Below are positions 10,009-19,239 of a stretch of DNA of 64,000 nucleotides, piece by piece. The stretch comes from an uncultured Heliobacteriaceae bacterium. Lineage in GTDB: Bacteria > Acidobacteriota > Blastocatellia > RBC074. Both the position numbers and the translations under genes were made by a program. Location of the stretch: contig CAZWAK010000020.1 in the NCBI GenBank assembly GCA_964631865.1, positions 3,587 through 67,586 on the forward strand. The letters are read 5' to 3'. Within the stretch, counting starts at the first letter, position 1. Each line of letters opens with the position of its first letter. The notes below the pieces were generated by a model. That model worked only from the letters and a program-made list of their open reading frames with translations, was not told the origin of the DNA and did no database searches.

Positions 10009-10446
10009 ATGGCAAACGAGCAATTACTGGCGGCGCTGAACGAGGTGTTGGCGATGGAATACGGCGCGGTCATTCAATACGCGCAGCATCATTTTCTGGT
10101 GCGCGGACACGACCGGATTTTGTTTGGAAATTTCTTTGCCACCAATAGCCAGGAAGCCCATCTGCACGCGCTCAACTTGGGCAACAAGATTGTGGCGCTT
10201 GGCGGCGTGCCCACCATCAAGCCTGTGCCCGCGCAGGAAGCGGCGCACTTGCACGACATGCTGCTCCAGGATTTGGCCATGGAACGCCGCGCGTTGGCCG
10301 CGTACACGCAAGCGTGGGAGTTGGCGGCAGAACATCAATCGTTGCGGTTTTGGTTGGAAGACATCATCCGCCTCGAACAATTGCACGTCGAAGAGTTGGA
10401 ACGGCTCACCGATGAACAAGCCGCCAAAGCCAACACGACGGCTTGA
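10009..10446 (+). CDS. Ferritin-like (bacterioferritin/Dps-fold) di-iron protein
   Basis: LNEVLAMEYGAVIQY, EAHLHA..LGNKIVALGGVP, DLAMERRALAAY, EQLHVEEL (ExxH ligands). GGAG RBS. Confidence 0.85.
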   Translation: MANEQLLAALNEVLAMEYGAVIQYAQHHFLVRGHDRILFGNFFATNSQEAHLHALNLGNKIVALGGVPTIKPVPAQEAAHLHDMLLQDLAMERRALAAYTQAWELAAEHQSLRFWLEDIIRLEQLHVEELERLTDEQAAKANTTA

Positions 10447-10487
10447 AGTAACCACACCGAACGCCACCGCTGAGTGCGCAGACCACT

Positions 10488-11015
10488 ATGATTGCCGAGC
10501 GTATCAAATTCGACCCGCTTCCCCTGACCCGCGAGCAAACGCTGACGGCGCTGTTTGCCGAAGAGGCGCAGGTGGAGGAGTTCATCGCGCGTCTCGGCGC
10601 ATTGGGAATTGCCACCCAGGCGGTCACGGTCATCGGCGTGGCGCTGGGAGAACCGCCGAAACGGCTCAACCTGACGGCCAAGCCCCCCAACCTCTCTCGC
10701 TACACGAAAAAGGGCGGCATCATAGGCATCCTCGTCGCCTTGTTGCTGGGCGCGATTTTGTACGGCACAAATTTTTTGCATCTTTCGTTGCTCGAAGCCT
10801 TGTTGATTCACACGCTCGCGCTCGTCATTCTCGGCAGTGTGATCGGAGCCGCCATTGGCGCGATTCTGGCTTCCGTCCAAGCGCAGGACACCGTGACGAC
10901 CTTGCCGCCACAAAACACCGAAGGCTTTCTGGTCACCAGCAAAATGTCGGTGCTTTTGGTGCCGCAAGGCGAAGCCCTCGCCCGTGCTGCCGGAGCCAAA
11001 AAGGTGATCTCCTGA
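10488..11015 (+). CDS. Two-TM membrane protein of unknown function
   Basis: Gly-rich TM hairpin (GGIIGILVALLLGAIL; GSVIGAAIGAIL) flanked by small soluble segments. Confidence 0.7.
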   Translation: MIAERIKFDPLPLTREQTLTALFAEEAQVEEFIARLGALGIATQAVTVIGVALGEPPKRLNLTAKPPNLSRYTKKGGIIGILVALLLGAILYGTNFLHLSLLEALLIHTLALVILGSVIGAAIGAILASVQAQDTVTTLPPQNTEGFLVTSKMSVLLVPQGEALARAAGAKKVIS

Positions 11016-11117
11016 CCGCCACAACGCGCCCTCCCTCCATTTGTCAAATGCCCGCGTTTCGAGTACCGTTGTCGCGGACTGCCCAAATAATTGAAGAGTG
11101 TGCGGAATTGAGATGTA

Positions 11118-11212
11118 CATTCTTCCTTCTTCATTCTTTACTCTTCATTCTTTTCGAGAAAAAAAGAAACCCTCTCGTCAGGAAGGAAGAAGGAAGAAGG
11201 AAGAAGAAAATG
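11118..11212. repeat. Inverted heptamer-repeat element (TTCTTCM vs GGAAGAA)
   Basis: Left arm 11118-11154, right arm 11181-11212 (GGAAGGAAGAAGGAAGAAGGAAGAAG). Confidence 0.75.
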
Positions 11213-11353
11213 CCTGATTTTACAGGCTTTCCATTCCGCCCACTCTGCAAATAATTGATAGCGCAAACGTTCAGTTTGCGTTGCGGCGCGAACAAATTCC
11301 TAAGTGACGCAACAAGGCAAACTGACCGTTTGCGCTACCCCTCTCCCAAACCT

Positions 11354-12271
11354 ATGAACACCTCTCGTCGTGATCTACTCAAATTTCTCGCCAGCAGTTG
11401 TGTGGCCGCGAGCGTGCCGACCTTCAGCGCCGCCGCGAAAACACCGCGTATTCGCTGGGCACAAGGCTATTTGCTCTGGCGCGGTTTCAAAGGCGCGCAA
11501 CTCACGTTGCAAGACGCGCTCAACGATCTACAAGCCATCGGAGCCGACGGCATAGAGTTTTCGCCGCAAGGCAGCGAACTCGAACGCAATAGCCTGACGA
11601 CGGCAACGTTCAAGCAATTGATGGCCGAGAAAAAGCTGGCGATTGCGGGCAATTACCTGAGCGCACCGTTTTACGATCTGGCCAAACGCGAAGAGATTTT
11701 GCAGGAGGCAAACAAACGCTTTGCCTTGCTGAAAGAATTCGGCGGCAAGAACATCATCATCGGCCCGCCCGGCGTGCTCGGCACGGTGGATCGCCCGCAA
11801 CTCATCAAACAACAAGCGCCGCTGCTCAACGAAATTGGTAAGCGCGCAAAAGATCAGGGGTTGGAAATTGGCATTCATCCGCATCTGAACACGTTGGTGG
11901 AAACGCCTGCGGAAATTGATTTGGCGATGGCAACGACCGATCCGCGTTACGTGCATTTTTCGGCGGACACGGGTCACATTCATTTGGCGGGCGGTGATGT
12001 CCCAGCGATTTTGCGCAAGTACAAAACGCGGCTGAATTATTTTCACTTCAAAGACGGTGTGCGTCCGTTTGTGCGCCCGAATTTCCAACCAAACTTGCGC
12101 GAATTAGGCCGAGGCGAAGTGAATTTCCCAGCGATTATGAGGCTGCTGAAAGAAATTCGCTTCACCGGTTGGATCAACATCGAGCAAGACACCACAACGC
12201 TCACACCACAGGAATCCAGCCGCATCAGCATGGAATATGTGACCAAAACGCTGAAGCCGATTTATACGTGA
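11354..12271 (+). CDS. Tat-exported sugar-phosphate isomerase/epimerase (AP_endonuc_2 TIM barrel, IolE-like)
   Basis: Tat motif SRRDLLK. Metal-binding motifs IHPH, DTGH, HFKD, ELGRG and IEQD. Start at ATG 11354. Confidence 0.85.
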   Translation: MNTSRRDLLKFLASSCVAASVPTFSAAAKTPRIRWAQGYLLWRGFKGAQLTLQDALNDLQAIGADGIEFSPQGSELERNSLTTATFKQLMAEKKLAIAGNYLSAPFYDLAKREEILQEANKRFALLKEFGGKNIIIGPPGVLGTVDRPQLIKQQAPLLNEIGKRAKDQGLEIGIHPHLNTLVETPAEIDLAMATTDPRYVHFSADTGHIHLAGGDVPAILRKYKTRLNYFHFKDGVRPFVRPNFQPNLRELGRGEVNFPAIMRLLKEIRFTGWINIEQDTTTLTPQESSRISMEYVTKTLKPIYT

Positions 12272-12275
12272 AGAG

Positions 12276-12383
12276 GGTGGCCGGTGATCGGTGGCTGGTG
12301 GCCGGTTCTCTCATAGATCAGTGATAGGTGATCGTGAGCCAAAGGTTTACTACCGACCACCGATCACCGGCCACCGACCACCG
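12276..12383. repeat. Inverted heptamer-repeat element (GGTGRYY x4 vs ACCGRYC x4) between convergent genes
   Basis: 12276-12306 GGTGGCC GGTGATC GGTGGCT GGTGGCC GGT. 12352-12383 ACCGACC ACCGATC ACCGGCC ACCGACC ACCG. Confidence 0.9.
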
Positions 12384-13731
12384 TCTGCGTTCCCGGTTTG
12401 AAGTCGAAGATCGCAACGGACACAGCTAAATCGCGCTTGTTCACGAAATGCGTGAAGATCGGAACGACGCGCCCGCCGTACGCATCAATGCCGTTGTAAT
12501 CGCCGAAGAAAACGCCTTTGTTGCACTCGAACGGCGCGAGGTTGATTTTGTGATTGACGAACGTTTTGCCCCCGTCAATGCTGCGTGCGAGTGTCACGCC
12601 CGTCTTTGTGCCATCCAAATCGCGGCGATCATAAAACACAATGTTGACCGCGCCATCCACGGGATCAACCGCCATCCACGTGAAGAATTGATCCTTGCCG
12701 TTTTTCAGCTTGTCATTGTTCACGCGCACGGCTTCCGACCACGTCACGCCACCATCGCGTGAGGCCATCACAAACACATCGTGATCGCCGTTGCGCGCGT
12801 CTACCCAATTCACATACAGCGTGCCGTGATGAGGGCCGTTGCTCGTGTCCACTTTGGTCACAGGCATGCCGTTCGCGCGACTGATGCCGGGAATGTCAAT
12901 GTCCCAACCGCCGGGCATCGCCGCGATGATTTTGTCGTTGCCAAACGTCGCGCCGCCATCGAGCGATTTGTCGAAGTACAAACCTTTCGGCCCCGCCCAC
13001 ACCAAATAGACTTCGCCTTTCACGCCGCTGGCGGCAATCGCGCCTTCCATCGTGTTGTCGCCGTCTTCGCAATCGCCCGTCGTGTCCGCGACTTCAAACG
13101 GCGGCGCAAACGTTTTGCCGCCATCGCTCGAACTGGAAAAGTAAATGTGCGAGCGATGCTGCGCGTCCTTGCTGCCATAAACATCAAAGCGCGTCCACGC
13201 CAAATAAATATTGTTCTTGTGCGGCGAGCCGAAGACGTTGTCGGTCACGATGTACGGCTTGTCTTCAAACGGCGTGACCGAATTGACGTGGTCAATCACT
13301 GCGACCGGAGCCGCCCATTCGTGACCGCCATCGCGCGATGCACTGACCCATATCCCGCTGAAGGCGCGCGGCGGGCGTTTGACGCGAATGCCATCGAACG
13401 ACATGTAGCAGTGATACGCGACGCCTTCGCTGCTGAACGCAATCGAATCATCGCCTTGTGGCAAGCTGCGTTCGTTCGGTGCGAAGACCGTCGTCCAGGT
13501 TTTGCCGCCGTCGTGCGTGACATACCGCGCATTGCTCACGCGCGCCTGCCCCGGTTTGCCGTACTGCAACGACACGCCGATGAGGTTGTCAGGATTGGTC
13601 GGATTGATCGCGATGGAAACTTCGCTTGGGTTGATCGCGTCTTTTTCCGTGATTTGAATGACGCGATGCGTTTGTGCCAACAGCGGGAGAGAAAGAGCCA
13701 AAAATAAGAGCAGCCCAACGCGACAATTCAT
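12364..13731 (-). CDS. Secreted BNR/Asp-box repeat (sialidase-like beta-propeller) protein
   Basis: Signal peptide and multiple SxDGGxTW/F boxes (THDGGKTW, SRDGGHEW, SSDGGKTF, SLDGGATF, SRDGGVTW, SIDGGKTF). Confidence 0.85.
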   Translation of the reverse strand: MNCRVGLLLFLALSLPLLAQTHRVIQITEKDAINPSEVSIAINPTNPDNLIGVSLQYGKPGQARVSNARYVTHDGGKTWTTVFAPNERSLPQGDDSIAFSSEGVAYHCYMSFDGIRVKRPPRAFSGIWVSASRDGGHEWAAPVAVIDHVNSVTPFEDKPYIVTDNVFGSPHKNNIYLAWTRFDVYGSKDAQHRSHIYFSSSSDGGKTFAPPFEVADTTGDCEDGDNTMEGAIAASGVKGEVYLVWAGPKGLYFDKSLDGGATFGNDKIIAAMPGGWDIDIPGISRANGMPVTKVDTSNGPHHGTLYVNWVDARNGDHDVFVMASRDGGVTWSEAVRVNNDKLKNGKDQFFTWMAVDPVDGAVNIVFYDRRDLDGTKTGVTLARSIDGGKTFVNHKINLAPFECNKGVFFGDYNGIDAYGGRVVPIFTHFVNKRDLAVSVAIFDFKPGTQTVVGGR

Positions 13732-14490
13732 CTAAGCCATTTTCCTTTCTGCTTCAACGAAGGTTTCCAGCACGGGCACATCGGTTCGCGGCAACAATGC
13801 CAACGCTGCTGCGATGACTTGATGTTGCAGCGCGGGATGGTTCGGCGCACCCAATGGAAAGCCCATCGGATACGACACCCACAACGCGCGCGGCGGATGA
13901 ATGATCGAAGTCACTTCGCGCAACAACGACACCGAAGTCGTCGTGATGTTCTCGCGTTCGATGGCTCCGGCCAGCAGACCAACGGTCTGCACACACATCG
14001 GTCACATCGGCGTCAGAAACACGACGTCCACATTGTCAGCGCGTAACATCTGCGCGACTTGCACCGACGTTTCGTCAATCAATTTGCGCGGCATCACAAT
14101 CGAACCCATAAAGCTGAAATGCCGATGATTCAATTCGCCAATTACGCCTTGTGCTTCGAGTTCTCGAAAGCGATCCAGCGGAAAACCCAGGTTGCGATCC
14201 GCCGCGATGCCCGTGTGATCGAAGCCGGGGCTGCGATGCGTTTCGAGCAGCGTCTGTGTTACGACCGTGTTCGGGATTTCGCGGAACGACGTGTCACCGC
14301 CCTTGATCGAATGATCGAAGCCTGCCTGTTCGGGCAAGCTCACGCCCGCCGAAGTCACGAGCGCGACGCGCGCTTCAGGCAGCGGTTTACCGAGCGGCGT
14401 ACACGGCACGGGGTCGTTCGCGTAATGCGAAAACGGATAGGCTTTCATAAACAGCCGATGCGAAAAAACCAAATCGTCGTACGTTGCCAT
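13732..14490 (-). CDS. Selenoprotein of the glycine/sarcosine/betaine/D-proline reductase selenoprotein B family (GrdB/PrdB-like), Sec at codon 163
   Basis: ORFs 14002-14490 and 13732-13998 share a frame and are joined by TGA (14002-14004), giving VFLTPM-U-PMCVQTV (UxxC). Family motifs ARVALVTSAG, DRNLGFPLDRFREL, PRALWVSYPMGFPLG. SECIS-like hairpin follows. Confidence 0.85.
13974..13990 (-). promoter_or_regulatory. Candidate bacterial SECIS stem-loop
   Basis: On the minus strand, UGA + 11 nt (CCGATGTGTGT) then GCAGACC-GTT-GGTCTGC: 7-bp perfect stem with a G/U apical loop. Confidence 0.75.
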
Positions 14491-14493
14491 AAC

Positions 14494-15135
14494 TTACAAA
14501 TCAATCACGATGGGCGCATTCACAATTTTATACGCCTCGTTGCAGGACGAAGCATTGATAAACTGCACGCCGCCCTGTTCCACGTGCCCGTAGCCCGCGT
14601 GAATATGCCCGAAGATATGCACGCGCGGTCGAATGCGCTGCACGATGGGCAACAATTCTTCGCAGCCGGCGGCTTCATACGTTCCTGTCCAACGATCAAT
14701 TACCATATCCAGAATTCCCTTCGGCGGGCCGTGCGTAATCAGCACGTCGGTGTCGTCGGGAATCATTTCCCACTTGCGCCGAATCTCAGGGCCGCGATCC
14801 AGATTGAACGCCCAATCGAAAAAGCGCGGCTGCCACGGTGAGCCGTAAATCTTCAAGCCTTCGATGATGACGAAGGAGTCTAGCAAATACGTCGCGTTCG
14901 TCAGCAACACGCGCGCCAACTCGGGCGAACGCTCGAACAAAAAATCGTGATTGCCGGCGACAAAGATTTTATGTTTGTGCGGCAACGTGCCGAGCCAGCG
15001 ATTGAATTCGATAACCTCGTCAAATTTGCCGTGACCGGTCGCGTCTCCGGCGTGAATCAGAATATCGCCATCGGGGATTGCGCTGAACTGTTGATGACGT
15101 GAGTGCGTATCACTGATCGCTACGATGCGTGGCAT
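14494..15135 (-). CDS. Metallophosphoesterase (calcineurin-like, MPPED/239FB type)
   Basis: ISDTH, HAGD, AGNHD, LITHGPP and HIFGHIH motifs. Confidence 0.92.
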   Translation of the reverse strand: MPRIVAISDTHSRHQQFSAIPDGDILIHAGDATGHGKFDEVIEFNRWLGTLPHKHKIFVAGNHDFLFERSPELARVLLTNATYLLDSFVIIEGLKIYGSPWQPRFFDWAFNLDRGPEIRRKWEMIPDDTDVLITHGPPKGILDMVIDRWTGTYEAAGCEELLPIVQRIRPRVHIFGHIHAGYGHVEQGGVQFINASSCNEAYKIVNAPIVIDL

Positions 15136-15200
15136 AAAATGCAGTATACAATGGCGTATGCGATAATGCCCGCCGAAAAATTTACGGAGCAGAAAGCCGC

Positions 15201-16265
15201 ATGTCCGAAAGTCAAGCCAACGAAATCATTCGCCGCAAACAAAGCCACTTCGAGTTGTGCGCCGAGCAGGATGTCGAATTCAAAACCAAAACCACCTGGC
15301 TCGAACATGTCGAATTGGTGCATCAACCGCTGACGGAAACCTTGCTCGACGAGATTGATTTGAGCGGCGAAATCTGCGGCAAACGTTTGCGTGCGCCGAT
15401 TGTGATTACGGCGATGACAGGCGGCACGCCGGACACAGGAAAATTCAATCAAGAAGTGGCCGCGCTCGCGGATCGTTTGGGTTTGGGTTTCGGCGTCGGC
15501 TCGCAGCGCGTGATGCTGAAGTACCCGGAAGTGACCGACACGTTTTGCGTGCGCGAGCAAGCCCCGAATGTGCTGTTACTCGGCAACATCGGCATCGCAC
15601 AAGCGCGCGAGCTGAGTCTGGCGCAATTGCAAAAGCTAGTGGACGACATTCAAGCCGACGCGCTTTGCGTGCATTTGAACACGGCGATGGAAATTGTGCA
15701 GCATCAGGGCGACCGCGATTTTCGTGGCTCTTTGCAAGCCATCGAACGACTCGTCCGCGAATTGCCCGTACCGCTCATCGTCAAAGAAACCGGCTGTGGT
15801 TTTGCGCGCGAAACGGGCGAGAAGTTAGCGGCGACGGGCGTCGAATGGGTTGACGTTTCAGGCGCAGGCGGCACGTCGTGGGTTGGCGTCGAAACGCTGC
15901 GCAATCGCGCGTTGCAGCATCTGGGCGAGGCGTTTTGGGATTGGGGCGTGCCGACAGCAGCGAGTCTTTTGGAACTGCGTGGCCTGGGGCTGAAGTTGAT
16001 TGCCTCGGGCGGCATTCGCACTGGCCTGCACGCAGCCAAAGCCATTGCACTCGGCGCACAAGCTGCTGGAGTCGCGTTGCCTGTGTTGCGCGCGTACGTG
16101 AACGGCGGCAGCGCTGCCGTCGAAGAGTATTTGTCTGCAATGATTGCGGAGTTGCGTGCGGCAATGATGTTGTGCGGTTGTGAGCGCGTTGCGGATATGC
16201 ACACGAATCGCGCGGTGATCGGCGAACAATTATTGGAATGGGCGACGCAGCGAAAACTGCTTTAG
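15201..16265 (+). CDS. fni: Type 2 (FMN-dependent) isopentenyl-diphosphate delta-isomerase
   Basis: RKQSH, AMTGG, GVGSQR, HLN, VKETGCG, DVSGAGGTSW, WGVPT and ASGGIR motifs. Confidence 0.93.
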   Translation: MSESQANEIIRRKQSHFELCAEQDVEFKTKTTWLEHVELVHQPLTETLLDEIDLSGEICGKRLRAPIVITAMTGGTPDTGKFNQEVAALADRLGLGFGVGSQRVMLKYPEVTDTFCVREQAPNVLLLGNIGIAQARELSLAQLQKLVDDIQADALCVHLNTAMEIVQHQGDRDFRGSLQAIERLVRELPVPLIVKETGCGFARETGEKLAATGVEWVDVSGAGGTSWVGVETLRNRALQHLGEAFWDWGVPTAASLLELRGLGLKLIASGGIRTGLHAAKAIALGAQAAGVALPVLRAYVNGGSAAVEEYLSAMIAELRAAMMLCGCERVADMHTNRAVIGEQLLEWATQRKLL

Positions 16266-16306
16266 ATTTGCCGGAACTTTGTTTTTCGCTCGTCGTGTGA
16301 CAAGCG

Positions 16307-16969
16307 ATGAAAACCAAAGCTGTTGTTTTGAAATTAGTAATTCTTGCGCTGCAACTTGCGTCCTTAGTCATAATCTTTCTTGTTCATTTTCGTCTTGTAT
16401 TTTGGGTAGACCAAACCTATTCCCTGGAAAACTCGGACTTTGCCTTAGTAGCCGCAATGGGACTCACTTTGACTCCATTGGCGCTGCTTGCAGTCGTATT
16501 TTATCGTTGGCTCAAACGTCGCTGGACGTCATCTAAACCGGACGTGATTGCGTTGAGCTTCGTGCTTTTATTCTTTGGCACGATGTGGACGTGGGGACTA
16601 TTTACCCTCAACAAATTATTGAAGCATGGACACCATGCATCGGTGATCCAATCCTTGCAAGTCATCCATAAGGCGCAAGCCGATTTCAAGACAAGACACA
16701 ATCGGTATGCAACGCTGCGGGAGTTGATTGACACTGAGCTTCTTCACCCCAATCTTCTCAAGGAAGAAAAGATTCCCGGCTATAGATTCTCTGAATCAGA
16801 TATCTCAACCGATACTTACTGCATTCACGCAGACCGCACAATGAACGGCTCAGGGTATCGAGATTTCAACCTGACAGAATCAGGCGACATTCGCTTCATC
16901 GAAACGCGCCTCAAAGGAACGGTGCCGAGGGGAGTGGGGGAGAACCTCTATTCCGTCGAGAAGGAGTAA
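16307..16969 (+). CDS. Membrane protein with a C-terminal pilin/pseudopilin-like globular domain
   Basis: Three N-terminal TM segments, then SLQVIHKAQADF...YATLREL...GYRF...YCIHA...GYRDFNLTESGDIRF. Visibly more AT-rich than neighbours. Confidence 0.55.
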   Translation: MKTKAVVLKLVILALQLASLVIIFLVHFRLVFWVDQTYSLENSDFALVAAMGLTLTPLALLAVVFYRWLKRRWTSSKPDVIALSFVLLFFGTMWTWGLFTLNKLLKHGHHASVIQSLQVIHKAQADFKTRHNRYATLRELIDTELLHPNLLKEEKIPGYRFSESDISTDTYCIHADRTMNGSGYRDFNLTESGDIRFIETRLKGTVPRGVGENLYSVEKE

Positions 16970-17047
16970 CTAATAGAACCAAAAGGCGAGCGCAGCTTGA
17001 TTCCGTTTGTGGGCTTGCGAATGGAATTTTGAGTGGCGAAGATAGAA

Positions 17048-17078
17048 GGGCGCGCACACGACCCGACGGTGCGCGCCC
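17048..17078. terminator. Hairpin between convergent genes
   Basis: Perfect 10-bp IR GGGCGCGCAC / GTGCGCGCCC, 6 bp beyond the inositol oxygenase stop. No strong U-tract. Confidence 0.5.
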
Positions 17079-17083
17079 AGTGA

Positions 17084-17917
17084 TTACCACTTCAATTTCG
17101 GCGGGAAAAACTCAGCGACCAAATCTTCGTAATACGCGCGATAATCCTCAAAATTCGGCGTCTCTTCGACTTTGGAATAGAGGTCGTACGGGTTGAACGC
17201 TTTCACCCATTGGAGCATTTCGTGATCGCGCTCGGTCAACAAATGACCGTATTCGTTTTCGTTGTGGATCACGTAGCACGAGTGATACCGAATCATCCAC
17301 TGCGCTTCTTCGGGCAAATAATTTTTGACGACGTGGTACAAATATTCGTCGTGCCCCCACGACAAATGCACGTTGTCCAGGCCGCAATGCGGTTCGTAAA
17401 TTCCGTACTTCGTGTTGAGTTGCGAGTTCTGGGAATCAGGGTTGTTGGCGAAAAATTCGGAATAGACAATCTTGTCCGAAAACGCGCAGCCGACCGGGTT
17501 TGTGTCGCCCACGACGGCCCATTGCGGCTCGTCGAACATACAGAGCATTTTGCCCAGATCGTGAATGAAGCCCGCGAGGATAAACCAGCGCGGATGCCCG
17601 TCTTGCCGGATCGCTTCGGCGGTTTGCAGTGCGTGGATGATTTGCGGCAAGGCTAAATCCGGGTCACTATCGTCCACGAAATTGTTCAGAAAATCCATCG
17701 CTTCCCAAACGCTCATTTCGGCGTGATTGAGCGGCGTGTATTCGGCCTTTTTCGCCCGCACGAAATCAAGCGTTTGTTGGCTGTGATTCAGACGATACAG
17801 TTCTTTGACGCAATCGCGCGCTTCGGCAGCGTAATTGCGATACGCATCGGGCGCTTTGTCCTCGTGCCGCAGATGCGCGGGAATTTCCGACATGGAGGGG
17901 TGTAGTGCAACAGACAT
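17084..17917 (-). CDS. myo-Inositol oxygenase (MIOX family)
   Basis: [52 protein letters not shown] and FNPYDLYSK motifs. Start 17917 or 17893. Confidence 0.9.
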   Translation of the reverse strand: MSVALHPSMSEIPAHLRHEDKAPDAYRNYAAEARDCVKELYRLNHSQQTLDFVRAKKAEYTPLNHAEMSVWEAMDFLNNFVDDSDPDLALPQIIHALQTAEAIRQDGHPRWFILAGFIHDLGKMLCMFDEPQWAVVGDTNPVGCAFSDKIVYSEFFANNPDSQNSQLNTKYGIYEPHCGLDNVHLSWGHDEYLYHVVKNYLPEEAQWMIRYHSCYVIHNENEYGHLLTERDHEMLQWVKAFNPYDLYSKVEETPNFEDYRAYYEDLVAEFFPPKLKW

Positions 17918-17988
17918 ATCAATTTTCTCCTTCGCTGGTTGGGACGTGGCAATAGTACGCTGGTTGGGGGAGAAAGCGGAAGTCTTTT

Positions 17989-19224
17989 TTATTCGTACCG
18001 CAAGGCTTCAATCGGGTCAAGACGCGCGGCTTTGACTGCCGGATACAGCCCAAAAATCAGGCCGATGCTGACCGAAACGCCGAAGCCGATGCCGACCCAC
18101 ATCATCGGAATCGCGGACGGAAACCTGATCGCTTTCAGAATGAAGCTGACCAAAAAGCCGAAGCCAATGCCCACCACACCGCCGAGACCGGTCAAGGTCA
18201 TGGCTTCCAGCAGGAACTGCGTCACGATGTCCATTTTGCGTGCGCCGATGGCGCGGCGGATGCCGATTTCTTTGGTGCGTTCGGTCACGCTGACGAGCAT
18301 GATGTTCATCACGCCGATGCCGCCGACCAGCAACGCCACGCTCGTGATGGGCACAATCACCAACGCGACGATTTTCAGAATGCCGCTGAAGGTTTCGATG
18401 ATGCCGCTCGGTGTGTTCACGGCAAAGCTGTCAGGTTGATCGGCGGGCACGTTGCGACGGCGGCGCAGCAACTCCGTGACCTGGTCAATCATTTTGTCGA
18501 GGTTGCCGCTGGCCGCGCTAACCGTGATGAAATGGTCTTCCTGACCGGGATACATCGTGTGCATCACGCCGTATGGAATCAAAATCACGCCGTCATTGTT
18601 GGGGCCGCCGCCGAAGCCTTGTTTGGCTTGCGCCAGCGTGCCGATCACGGTGAACATCTTGGAGCCGATGGAGATTTCTTTGCCGAGCGGATCGTAGCCG
18701 CTGAAGAGTTTGTCCTTGATGTTGTAGCCAATCACGCAAACCGGAATCTTGTGTTCGTCTTCGGTTTCGGTAAAGAAGCGACCGCCTTCCAACGCAATGT
18801 CGCGTGTGCGTTCGTAAGCGGCCCAGACGCCACGCACGTTGGAAGTTTGCACTTGATTGTCGCGGTATTTGACGGTGGGTGGCAGGCTGTCGGGACGCAG
18901 CACAGGCGAAGCGGCTTCGACCAGCGACAACTTGCTGACGGCCAGGGCGTCGTCGTACGTGAGCGGCTTGCGCTTGCGTTCTTCTTCGGTCAAATCGCTA
19001 AAGCGCGGGCCGCCGCGAAAGCGACTGATGAACGCGGTGTTCGTACCGAACTGTTCGATCTGCTCCTTGAAGGTTTGCTCCATGCCGCCGACCAACGAGG
19101 CGACGGCAATTGTTGTCGCCGTGCCAATCACGACGCCCAACACCGTCAGGAACGAGCGAAACTTGTGCGACCACAACGTCCCCATCGCCTGTGAAACCAA
19201 TTCTCGAAATTGCTGTTTTTGCAT
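17989..19224 (-). CDS. MacB/FtsX-type ABC transporter permease
   Basis: [55 protein letters not shown]. Confidence 0.92.
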   Translation of the reverse strand: MQKQQFRELVSQAMGTLWSHKFRSFLTVLGVVIGTATTIAVASLVGGMEQTFKEQIEQFGTNTAFISRFRGGPRFSDLTEEERKRKPLTYDDALAVSKLSLVEAASPVLRPDSLPPTVKYRDNQVQTSNVRGVWAAYERTRDIALEGGRFFTETEDEHKIPVCVIGYNIKDKLFSGYDPLGKEISIGSKMFTVIGTLAQAKQGFGGGPNNDGVILIPYGVMHTMYPGQEDHFITVSAASGNLDKMIDQVTELLRRRRNVPADQPDSFAVNTPSGIIETFSGILKIVALVIVPITSVALLVGGIGVMNIMLVSVTERTKEIGIRRAIGARKMDIVTQFLLEAMTLTGLGGVVGIGFGFLVSFILKAIRFPSAIPMMWVGIGFGVSVSIGLIFGLYPAVKAARLDPIEALRYE

Positions 19225-19239
19225 ACCTCAGACTTCAGA

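Noticed and set aside
13732-14490. Two separate short genes or a nonsense pseudogene
   Set aside because: The in-frame TGA falls at the expected Sec position of a UxxC motif and is followed by a SECIS-like hairpin.
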